Positions 20,202 to 28,091 of a stretch of 64,000 nucleotides of DNA are shown here, one piece after another. Source of the DNA: a virus. Location of the stretch: positions 4,432 through 68,431 of IMG/VR virus record IMGVR_UViG_3300032323_002772, one strand, 5' to 3'. Numbering within the stretch: the first letter of the stretch is position 1; each line of letters opens with the position of its first letter. A program made the position numbers and the translations under genes. Under the pieces are notes generated by a model, which had not been told where the DNA came from, made no database searches, and saw only the letters and a list, made by a program, of their open reading frames with translations.

Positions 20202-20970
20202 ATTACCTTTAGGATTAATGCATTATGCCTATGAGTGGAATGATTATGATTATTGTCTTCCACATCTAATAGATCATTACGATCAATATAGAATATTCTT
20301 TCAGAAATCACGTTTAGACAAACGTTTCATTATAATGGACAATGGTCTTTTCGAGGGTGTAGTTCATACAACTGAAGACTTATTAGAAAAAATTAATTTA
20401 GTTCGTCCTAATATATTCATTGTTCCTGATGCTTGGAATGATGCTACAACTACCCTTCGCAACGCTAAGAGTTGGATGATTAACTACAAACAACATATAC
20501 CTGAAGGTGTTAACTTAATGGCAGTATGTCAAGGTAATGATATGGGAGAATTAATTACAACATATCAAACATTAGTGGATTTAGGTTATACTCACATCGC
20601 ATTTAACCACTCAAGTATTGCATACCAGAAAGAATATGAAGGAATGGATCATCTAAAAGCAGCAATGTACGGTAGAATGGAATTTATTAGACGTTTAGTT
20701 GCATCTAATACTATTAGAAAATCACATTATCACCACCTACTAGGATGTTCACTACCACAAGAATTTATGTCATATAAAGACTGGACATTTATTAAATCAG
20801 TAGATACGTCTAATCCAATTTTAGTTGGTGCTGAAGGCGAAAAATATAGTGATAGTGGTTTAACATGGAAACCTAAAGAGAAACTTGAGTACTATTTTGA
20901 AAAAGATTTAAGTGGGCAGAAAGAAGATATTACATTTAATGTACACAAATTTAGATCATTTATTAAATAA
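20185..20970 (+). CDS. Divergent TGT-fold transglycosylase (DpdA-like)
   Basis: Ordered TGT-like motifs IMDNGLFE, IVPD, AVCQG, HHLLG, SVDTSNP; inside preQ0 cluster; start MKVSHE. Confidence 0.65.
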   Translation: MKVSHELPLGLMHYAYEWNDYDYCLPHLIDHYDQYRIFFQKSRLDKRFIIMDNGLFEGVVHTTEDLLEKINLVRPNIFIVPDAWNDATTTLRNAKSWMINYKQHIPEGVNLMAVCQGNDMGELITTYQTLVDLGYTHIAFNHSSIAYQKEYEGMDHLKAAMYGRMEFIRRLVASNTIRKSHYHHLLGCSLPQEFMSYKDWTFIKSVDTSNPILVGAEGEKYSDSGLTWKPKEKLEYYFEKDLSGQKEDITFNVHKFRSFIK

Positions 20971-20977
20971 AAAAGTT

Positions 20978-21178
20978 ATGACAGAATTTATTTCACTTTA
21001 CGATTATTTAGGTAAAGCAGCAGGTAAGGAATTAGGTAAGCAAGTAGCAGAAGTTGCAGCAGCATCTAGAGTACCATGCAAAACAAGACAAGTATCAAAT
21101 ACAAAATATGCTGGTCCTGTTATGTTATATCCAAGAATATTTTTAGAGTTATATTTTATAGCACATAATAACGCTTAA
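20978..21178 (+). CDS. Hypothetical phage protein
   Basis: SLYDYLGKAAG.ELGKQV...Y.G.VMLYP. Confidence 0.6.
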   Translation: MTEFISLYDYLGKAAGKELGKQVAEVAAASRVPCKTRQVSNTKYAGPVMLYPRIFLELYFIAHNNA

Positions 21179-21230
21179 ACGGGAGTAAGCGTTTAATAAG
21201 TAAATACGATCCCAAATAAACTCATTTTAA

Positions 21231-22094
21231 ATGAAAAAAGCAGTTTTATCATTATCAGGTGGAATGGACAGTAGTTCATTATTGTTACACCTATTAGCTA
21301 ACGGCTATGAAGTAACAGCATTAGGTTTCGATTATGGCCAGAAACACAAAGTAGAATTAGAACGTGCTACATCATTAGTACAGTACGTTAACGAAAAGAA
21401 TTGTGGATGTGGTGGTAAACCTATCTATGGAAATATAACTTTCCAAATCATCAAATTAGATGGTTTATCACAATTACTAAACTCATCTTTAGTAACTGGT
21501 GGAAGTGATGTACCAGAGGGACACTACGAACAGGACAACATGAAAGAAACAGTTGTACCTAACAGAAATAAAATATTTAGTTCATTGATTCAAGCAGTAG
21601 CATTATCAGTTGCAACTAAGAATATTGGTGATGATTGTGCTGTAGGAGAGCCAGTAGCGATTGCGATGGGGATCCATGCTGGTGATCATGCTATTTATCC
21701 TGATTGTAGACAAGAGTTCCGTGATGTTGATTTTGAAGCATTTAAAGCAGGTAATTGGGATGCTGACTTAGTATACCATTACACTCCATACCTTGAAGTT
21801 AATAAATTTGATATTTTAGAGGACGGGCAAAAATCTTGTGATATCTTGGGTCTCGATTTTAATGAAGTATATAAGCGTACAAATACATCTTATAAACCAA
21901 TCTACTATTGCCAAGGTGATGAATTCGGAGAATGGTTCTCAGATTACAAGTCAGCAGCATCAGTAGAACGTATTGAAGCATTTATTAAATTAGGACATCC
22001 TGATCCTGTAGAATATGCTGATGAAACAGGACCAGTAACATGGGAAGTAGCTAAGGCTCATGTAGAAAAAGTATTAGCTGAACACAATTCGTAA
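21231..22094 (+). CDS. queC: 7-cyano-7-deazaguanine synthase
   Basis: SLSGGMDS PP-loop, FDYGQKH, TVVPNRN, YPDCR; no amidotransferase fusion. Confidence 0.9.
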   Translation: MKKAVLSLSGGMDSSSLLLHLLANGYEVTALGFDYGQKHKVELERATSLVQYVNEKNCGCGGKPIYGNITFQIIKLDGLSQLLNSSLVTGGSDVPEGHYEQDNMKETVVPNRNKIFSSLIQAVALSVATKNIGDDCAVGEPVAIAMGIHAGDHAIYPDCRQEFRDVDFEAFKAGNWDADLVYHYTPYLEVNKFDILEDGQKSCDILGLDFNEVYKRTNTSYKPIYYCQGDEFGEWFSDYKSAASVERIEAFIKLGHPDPVEYADETGPVTWEVAKAHVEKVLAEHNS

Positions 22095-22113
22095 ACAAAA
22101 ATCAAATATAGTT

Positions 22114-22350
22114 ATGAGTTATCAAACTAAGGTTCGTGCGAACTACCTTAACCGCACAGCAAAATTGTCATTCTTCACACACCGTCAACGCACTGGTGAT
22201 TTGACAAGATTGTCTGAAGAAACAGGTTATTCAGTTAGCCACTTGTCAAACATTACAAGTTTGAGACGTAGAGTAACAGATGAGATTGCTAATGCAATGT
22301 ACATGTTAACACGTCGTCGTATGAAAAACACTGAATTCGCTCAAGCGTAA
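22114..22350 (+). CDS. Small basic HTH DNA-binding protein
   Basis: LTRLSEETGYSVSHLSNI helix-turn-helix pattern. Confidence 0.55.
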   Translation: MSYQTKVRANYLNRTAKLSFFTHRQRTGDLTRLSEETGYSVSHLSNITSLRRRVTDEIANAMYMLTRRRMKNTEFAQA

Positions 22351-22357
22351 TTCACCC

Positions 22358-22390
22358 AACATCCACCCCTAAAAAGGTGGATGTTTTTTT
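22358..22390 (+). terminator. Intrinsic terminator
   Basis: AACATCCACC-CCTAAAAA-GGTGGATGTT followed by T-run. Confidence 0.85.
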
Positions 22391-22401
22391 AATTTATTAT
22401 T

Positions 22402-22524
22402 ATGCATGAAATATTACATATATTAGGACTATGTGGAGATAAACATCCGAGTGTCATCGCTGTAATTAGTGAGTGGCATAATTTTAGTCCTATATTCAAT
22501 TATATAAAAACATTATTTAAATGA
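22402..22524 (+). CDS. Small hypothetical protein (40 aa)
   Basis: MHEILHILGLCGDKHPS...TLFK*; ATGA overlap with queE start. Confidence 0.5.
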   Translation: MHEILHILGLCGDKHPSVIAVISEWHNFSPIFNYIKTLFK

Positions 22525-23360
22525 GCAAAATTGATCCACATAAACTACTAATCAGTAGTGATTTCTACACTGTGCAGGGTGAAGGTATTTCATCAGGCGT
22601 TCCTTCATACTTCGTACGTTTTGGTATTTGCAACCTAACTTGCGGTATGAGTAGAGCATTTACTAACCAATTAATGAAAGATAAGAATCTAGAAGACGGT
22701 GAAATCTTCGAAGGTGATCTACATAAGGAAGGTAAAGCAACCTGGACTTGTGACTCTACATCTCAGTGGTTATGGAGAGGTGAAGATAAAGAGTTCGATT
22801 ATCTAATTAATCGTTGGAAAGAAGAAGGCGTATACGACTACATTAAAGATGGTTCTGTTCATATTATCTGGACTGGTGGTGAACCAACAATTAAAGGGCA
22901 CCAAGAATCAATCGTTAACTTTACTAATTATTGGTTGAGTAGATATCTTGATAGAAATGATGTAACACCGTTCTATGAAATAGAAACTAATGGTACAATT
23001 GTAATTGAAGAACCATTATTCGTAATGTTGGATCAGATTAACTGTTCACCTAAGTTAAATAACTCAGGTATGACTGAGAAACAACGTATTGTTCCTGCTG
23101 CTATCAAGCGTATTATGGAACATAAAAACTATCAGTTTAAGTTCGTTATCAGCACAGAAGAAGATGTACAAGAATTATTCCGTGACTTCATAGTACCATT
23201 TAATATACCGCTTAAAAACGTTGTTTGTATGCCTGGCTTAGACGATGCTGCTAACTTTGAAGAGCGTACTCAGTTCTGTCTTGAAATGGCTAAGAAGTAT
23301 AGATTCCGTGGTTTAACTAGATTGCATATTGCAGCTTGGAATAAAACATTAAACGTATAA
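22521..23360 (+). CDS. queE: 7-carboxy-7-deazaguanine synthase (radical SAM)
   Basis: FYTVQGEG, CNLTC...WTCDS (long insert within the Cys motif), WTGGEP, EIETNGT, CSPKL. Confidence 0.85.
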   Translation: MSKIDPHKLLISSDFYTVQGEGISSGVPSYFVRFGICNLTCGMSRAFTNQLMKDKNLEDGEIFEGDLHKEGKATWTCDSTSQWLWRGEDKEFDYLINRWKEEGVYDYIKDGSVHIIWTGGEPTIKGHQESIVNFTNYWLSRYLDRNDVTPFYEIETNGTIVIEEPLFVMLDQINCSPKLNNSGMTEKQRIVPAAIKRIMEHKNYQFKFVISTEEDVQELFRDFIVPFNIPLKNVVCMPGLDDAANFEERTQFCLEMAKKYRFRGLTRLHIAAWNKTLNV

Positions 23361-23361
23361 T

Positions 23362-23550
23362 ATGGAAACTTTAGAAATAAGAATTAAATCTAGCTATTTA
23401 GAAGGTGAACTAGTCGTAAAATTAAATTCAGAAGAGAGTGATATAGAAAATATTCGTAAAGAAATTATGTCTATTATTATAAAAGAAAGTGACAGAATTG
23501 CTCAAGGTAAACCATCATATGAAGAATTAATAAAAACATTAAACGTATAA
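23362..23550 (+). CDS. Repeat-flanked mini-gene 1 (62 aa)
   Basis: Starts and stops inside the repeat; ends KTLNV like QueE. Confidence 0.6.
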   Translation: METLEIRIKSSYLEGELVVKLNSEESDIENIRKEIMSIIIKESDRIAQGKPSYEELIKTLNV

Positions 23551-23551
23551 T

Positions 23552-23713
23552 ATGGAAAATATAATAGAAGTAAAATTTTGGATGGAACTTGAAACTACAG
23601 TAGATAATATGAATGAATTTACTAAAAGTGAAGATTATAGATTAGTAGCTGAAATACTTAAAAAGCATTCTATTGATGCAGTTATTTGCTCTAAAGTAAA
23701 ACCAAAACATTAA
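23552..23713 (+). CDS. Repeat-flanked mini-gene 2 (53 aa)
   Basis: MENIIEVKFW...KVKPKH*; absent from the ORF track. Confidence 0.6.
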   Translation: MENIIEVKFWMELETTVDNMNEFTKSEDYRLVAEILKKHSIDAVICSKVKPKH

Positions 23714-23722
23714 ACATATAAT

Positions 23723-23956
23723 ATGGAAAAAGATCATTGTATATTATGTGGTGTGGAAACCATATATGACAAATCAACTCACGTTGATATGAGGCTTGGC
23801 TATATTGAAGGTGCTGGCCAATTATGTCCTAAATGTTATGAAGCAGGAACATACCGCAACCATATTCTAGTACCAGAATGGTTAGTTGAAAAGAATCCTA
23901 ATAATCAAGAGTTGGGAGCCAAAGTAAGGGCATTATATTTCGAAAGTAAAAAATAA
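23723..23956 (+). CDS. Small Zn-finger-like protein
   Basis: CILC...YIEGAGQLCPKC. Confidence 0.65.
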   Translation: MEKDHCILCGVETIYDKSTHVDMRLGYIEGAGQLCPKCYEAGTYRNHILVPEWLVEKNPNNQELGAKVRALYFESKK

Positions 23957-23960
23957 ATAA

Positions 23961-24593
23961 ATGGAATTATTAAAGAAATCAAATGGTAGTTTAGCTCGTA
24001 CACCAGAACAAGTGGAGCAAATGATTAATAATGCATCTGAAGCGTATGCTCAGTTCCTTACAGCAGTAGGATTTGACTACAAAGCAGATAGACAAACTGA
24101 AGATACACCTCGTCGTGTAGCTAAAGCGTGGTTAAAGGACTTAATCGTAGGTAGTATTAGTGATGAACCAAACATTACAGTATTCCCTAATGATGAAGGT
24201 TATAGTGGATTAGTAATTCAATCAGGTATTCCTATCGTTAGTATGTGTGCACATCACAACTTAGCCTTTACAGGTTATGCTACTGTGGCTTACGTACCAG
24301 GCGAAAACGTTATTGGTTTAAGTAAATTAAACCGTATTGTAGAATGGTTTAGCCGCAGACCACAAATGCAAGAATCATTAACACAACAAATTCATGATTA
24401 CATTGCTGATAAAATGTCATGTGAATCAGTAGCAGTTAGTATTGCTTGTAAGCACACATGTTGCTCACATAGAGGTATTAAACATCCATCTGTAATGACT
24501 ACAAATAAGTTTAGTGGTGTGTTTATGGAAAAAGATAATTTAATTAGAGAAGAATTCTTACACGCGATTGAAGTAAATGGAACAAAATTTTAA
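23961..24593 (+). CDS. folE: GTP cyclohydrolase I
   Basis: DTPRRVAK, SMCAHH, IGLSKLNR, RRPQMQE, HTCCSHRG. Confidence 0.92.
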   Translation: MELLKKSNGSLARTPEQVEQMINNASEAYAQFLTAVGFDYKADRQTEDTPRRVAKAWLKDLIVGSISDEPNITVFPNDEGYSGLVIQSGIPIVSMCAHHNLAFTGYATVAYVPGENVIGLSKLNRIVEWFSRRPQMQESLTQQIHDYIADKMSCESVAVSIACKHTCCSHRGIKHPSVMTTNKFSGVFMEKDNLIREEFLHAIEVNGTKF

Positions 24594-24594
24594 T

Positions 24595-24987
24595 ATGAAC
24601 AAAAGATTTATTACCTGGGACTATATTGAGACTGCTGTGGATAACATAGCATCTCAAGTAGAATCCAGTGGGCTAGATATTCAATATATATTTGGAATGC
24701 CTAGAGGAGGATTAATACCTGCTGTAATGTTATCTCATAAATTAAACATTCCACTATTTAAATTTGGAATGGTATTAAATAATAAAGTACTGATAGTAGA
24801 TGATATTTGCGATTCAGGACTAACATTACACAAGTATAATGTTCCAACAGCAGCAATTCACACAAAAGAAACTGCATCTATACAACCAACATTCTACTAT
24901 GAAATAGTAGATAAAGATTGGATAAATTATCCATGGGAGAGAGCAGATTCAAAAACAATACAAGATTATGCAACCAAAGGAGAGTAA
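24595..24987 (+). CDS. Type I phosphoribosyltransferase (xanthine/guanine PRT-like)
   Basis: GMPRGGLIPA, VLIVDDICDSGLTL PRPP loop, WINYPWE. Confidence 0.85.
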   Translation: MNKRFITWDYIETAVDNIASQVESSGLDIQYIFGMPRGGLIPAVMLSHKLNIPLFKFGMVLNNKVLIVDDICDSGLTLHKYNVPTAAIHTKETASIQPTFYYEIVDKDWINYPWERADSKTIQDYATKGE

Positions 24988-25129
24988 AACAAGTAGACAC
25001 TTTAGAATAAGTGTATTAAAATCAGGCATCAGAATGATTGGATGTGGTGTATTAATGTTTGGAAATGTATTTGCAGCAGGATGTTTACTCTTTGCAGCTG
25101 AATGTTTCGGAATACTAGAAGAACTATAA
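24968..25129 (+). CDS. Small membrane protein (53 aa)
   Basis: MQPKESKTSRHFRISVLKSGIR...AECFGILEEL*; stop overlaps next ATG. Confidence 0.55.
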   Translation: MQPKESKTSRHFRISVLKSGIRMIGCGVLMFGNVFAAGCLLFAAECFGILEEL

Positions 25130-25794
25130 TGAAGAAAATCATATTTTGCCTCCCAGGCCGAGAATTTAGTGGTCGTTTCCTACAAGCATGGACTGAATTG
25201 GTTTATGCTTGCTTATCAAATGGCATCCAACCAATAATGTCACAGCATTATTCTCCATTACTGTATTACGTTCGTAATATGTGTTTAGGAGGTGATAATA
25301 CTCAAGGCATCACTCAAAAACCATTTCAAGGTCAAGTTGATTATGACTATATAATGTGGATTGATTCTGATATTGTATTTACACCTGATCAATTATTCAA
25401 ATTGATTGATAATGATAAAGATATTGTTAGTGGCTTATATAAAATGCAAAACAATACTCACTACGCTACTGTAGAGAAGTGGGATGATAATTTCTTCTTA
25501 AAGCATGGTAGCTATGAGTTTCTAACTCCTGAAATGGTATCTAAAAAGAAAGATCTATTCCCTGTAGCATACACTGGCTTTGGCTGGATGTTAATGAAGA
25601 AAGGTGTATTTGAATCATTAGAATACCCATGGTTTCAGCCAACATGGAAAGAATACGAGCATAATGGTAAACACATAAGAGAGTTTACAATGGAAGATGT
25701 CGCGTTCTGCGATTTAATTCAACGAAAAGGATATCAAATATTCATTGATCCTGAAATAGTAGTTGGTCACGAAAAAATGATGGTATTAATATAA
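25129..25794 (+). CDS. GT-A fold glycosyltransferase-like protein
   Basis: MWIDSDIVF DxD, IVSGLY, YTGFGWML, EDVAFC, VGHEK. Confidence 0.75.
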   Translation: MKKIIFCLPGREFSGRFLQAWTELVYACLSNGIQPIMSQHYSPLLYYVRNMCLGGDNTQGITQKPFQGQVDYDYIMWIDSDIVFTPDQLFKLIDNDKDIVSGLYKMQNNTHYATVEKWDDNFFLKHGSYEFLTPEMVSKKKDLFPVAYTGFGWMLMKKGVFESLEYPWFQPTWKEYEHNGKHIREFTMEDVAFCDLIQRKGYQIFIDPEIVVGHEKMMVLI

Positions 25795-26492
25795 TGAAAG
25801 TATTTATTCCTTTAATCTGCTACAACCATACCTGTAACACAGAATGGATGATGTCTATTCTTAAGCTACTAAACTCAGCTAAAGAAACAGGATTAAATAT
25901 GTCATTCTATCCTATATTCTTTGAAAGCCTAGTATCACGAGCTAGAAATGCAGCCGTTGCTCACTTCCTAGAAGATGAGGAAAATACTCACTTGTTATTT
26001 ATAGATTCTGATATTATATTTGAACCCGAAGATGTTTATCGTTTGATTCAAGCTGATAAAGAAGTTATAGCAGGAATGTATCCTAAAAAATACATTGTAT
26101 GGGATCGATTAAAGAAAAATCCTGATGCTGAACGTGTTGATTTTCCTATTGGAGGTGAAATTAAAGTAACAGAAGACGATTTTATTGAATCTGGTTACTT
26201 ACCAACAGGCTTCCTAATGATCAAACGTGAAGCAATATTAAAATTAATAGCAGAACATCCCGAACTAAAATACAGAAATGATATTGATGGATATGGTTTT
26301 GATAATGATAATTTCTACAATCTATTCAATGCTGGGGTTAGAAACGGAATATACGAAAGTGAAGATTGGGGCTTCTGCTCATTATGGAAAGAATCAGGTG
26401 GTCAAGTATTAATACACCCAGATATAAACTTAAAGCATGTGGGATGGCACGAATACTCTGGTAACTTAGTAAATTATATATTTAAACAATAA
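25794..26492 (+). CDS. GT-A fold glycosyltransferase-like protein (paralog)
   Basis: SLVSRARN, LFIDSDI, PTGFLMIKR, SEDWGFC, LKHVG. Confidence 0.75.
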   Translation: MKVFIPLICYNHTCNTEWMMSILKLLNSAKETGLNMSFYPIFFESLVSRARNAAVAHFLEDEENTHLLFIDSDIIFEPEDVYRLIQADKEVIAGMYPKKYIVWDRLKKNPDAERVDFPIGGEIKVTEDDFIESGYLPTGFLMIKREAILKLIAEHPELKYRNDIDGYGFDNDNFYNLFNAGVRNGIYESEDWGFCSLWKESGGQVLIHPDINLKHVGWHEYSGNLVNYIFKQ

Positions 26493-26495
26493 AAT

Positions 26496-27023
26496 ATGTT
26501 AAACGCAAAACAAATCGTAGACGAGGGTCTATTACTATTAGAACACACACAAGGTAAACCTGCACAAGTAGGTTATGATTTATCAATTAAAGCAGTACAG
26601 AAAGTAGGATTTCCAAATACTACTTCCAACAATGATGATTATAGGATTGGTAAAGTATTAAAAGACAAAACTGAATTAACAACATACACTCCACTAAAAG
26701 TAAGTGTAGTAGATGGAGTTGTGGGTTGGTTACTATATGAAGGTATTTATGATATTACATTCAATGAAGGTTGTAAAATACCTGATAATCGTGTAGCATT
26801 TATTAAGCAACGCTCATCATTATACCGTAATGGTGCAATCATCAATAGCCCTGTATTCGATCCAGGATTTGAAACTGAATTTATGGGTACATTAGTATAT
26901 GTTTATGAAACAATATTCATTGAGAAGGATGCTCGCGTAGCACAAATTTACTTCCACGAATGTAACGGTGCTGAACTATACAATGGACAGTGGCAGAACG
27001 ATAAGCAAAGAAATTCGCTATAA
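26496..27023 (+). CDS. dCTP deaminase / dUTPase family protein
   Basis: GYDL, RSSLYRNG, VFDPGF, RVAQI, YNGQWQ. Confidence 0.8.
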   Translation: MLNAKQIVDEGLLLLEHTQGKPAQVGYDLSIKAVQKVGFPNTTSNNDDYRIGKVLKDKTELTTYTPLKVSVVDGVVGWLLYEGIYDITFNEGCKIPDNRVAFIKQRSSLYRNGAIINSPVFDPGFETEFMGTLVYVYETIFIEKDARVAQIYFHECNGAELYNGQWQNDKQRNSL

Positions 27024-27044
27024 TATTTATACGTAAATGTATAA

Positions 27045-28055
27045 ATGTCGTTAGAGTTAAGGAACGTTAATGGTAATGGTTCTTTTGAATTAAAGAATAT
27101 AAATAATAGTGGGTACTTCAGTTTAGCCTTTTCGGGCAGTGAGGTACCTACTACTACAACCACTACTAGTACAACTAGCACTACTACAACGGTTCCAACA
27201 ACAACGACAACGACTACAACAACAACAACAACAACCACAACTACTACGAGTACAACAACTACTACCACTACTATTATTCCTATTAGTGGATCTGTATTTA
27301 CACAAATAAACACTATTATGCCTTATTTAAGAGCAAATAGTGGTAGTTTAAGAAATCCAAGTTTCTTTACTTATTTCTTAGATGGCAATGCCTACTCTAT
27401 AACAGATGGTGGTAACGATATGTTTGATGGAGGTAATTTTACTGCACCTTGGCTACGCAACAACACAAGCTATATAGCAGGTAATTCAATACCTACACCA
27501 ACACCATCATTAAATTATAGTTCTCAATCATCTACATTAACTGATACTAACTTCTATTATGCTGCTTCAGGATATATTCCAGCAACAGGATCATTCCCAG
27601 CTGGTACTCAAAGCGGAATTTTCCATCCATTAACAATGATTGGTGCTAGAAGTGGATCAGGACCTATTGGATTCCAAAAGGCAGGTAATATTGGAGCTGA
27701 TGGTGGTGGTTCCTTAATTACTGGAAGTATATATTCTGGATCTGTGGTAAATGGATTTACAGCACATGCTTTCTATCGCCAATCATTTGGTCAGTTATCC
27801 GATCCATCAATATGTGACGTTTATGTATTATTAGGTCATCCAAATTGGGGTTCTACATTTGATATAGTAGTATCTAGCTCAGTAGCTGGTACTCAACTTC
27901 AAGGTGCTGCTTTATACGCTACTGGTTCATCTAGTGAATTATTAGCAATGACTACATTGTTAAGTAGTCTTTCATCATCTGCAATACCATCTGGTAGTGT
28001 TAAAACAGTAGTTGATAATTACATTACATTAGTAAAAACAGTACTTAACTACTAA
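27045..28055 (+). CDS. Thr/Ser-rich (mucin-like linker) putative virion protein
   Basis: ~40-residue poly-Thr tract then a Gly/Ser-rich domain; ATATTTAT motif upstream; no signal peptide. Confidence 0.65.
   Translation: MSLELRNVNGNGSFELKNINNSGYFSLAFSGSEVPTTTTTTSTTSTTTTVPTTTTTTTTTTTTTTTTTSTTTTTTTIIPISGSVFTQINTIMPYLRANSGSLRNPSFFTYFLDGNAYSITDGGNDMFDGGNFTAPWLRNNTSYIAGNSIPTPTPSLNYSSQSSTLTDTNFYYAASGYIPATGSFPAGTQSGIFHPLTMIGARSGSGPIGFQKAGNIGADGGGSLITGSIYSGSVVNGFTAHAFYRQSFGQLSDPSICDVYVLLGHPNWGSTFDIVVSSSVAGTQLQGAALYATGSSSELLAMTTLLSSLSSSAIPSGSVKTVVDNYITLVKTVLNY
27150..27272 (+). repeat. ACN codon run encoding poly-Thr
   Basis: Mixed ACT/ACA/ACG/ACC codons. Confidence 0.85.
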
Positions 28056-28091
28056 TTTGATTCTGTCAAGATAATATCTTATATTTAAGGT

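Larger units (their letters stand above)
23343..23729 (+). repeat. Three copies of 26-bp direct repeat AAAACATTAAAC(G/A)TATAATATGGAAA
   Basis: Copies at 23343-23368, 23533-23558 and 23704-23729 (one mismatch); each spans a stop codon and the next ATG. Confidence 0.9.

Noticed and set aside
23343-23729. CRISPR array interpretation of the 26-bp repeats
   Set aside because: Spacers are 164 and 145 bp and are intact ORFs; the repeat is not palindromic; no cas operon nearby
26948-27313. Poly-Val and poly-Cys minus-strand ORFs
   Set aside because: Reverse-frame readings of the poly-Thr codon run
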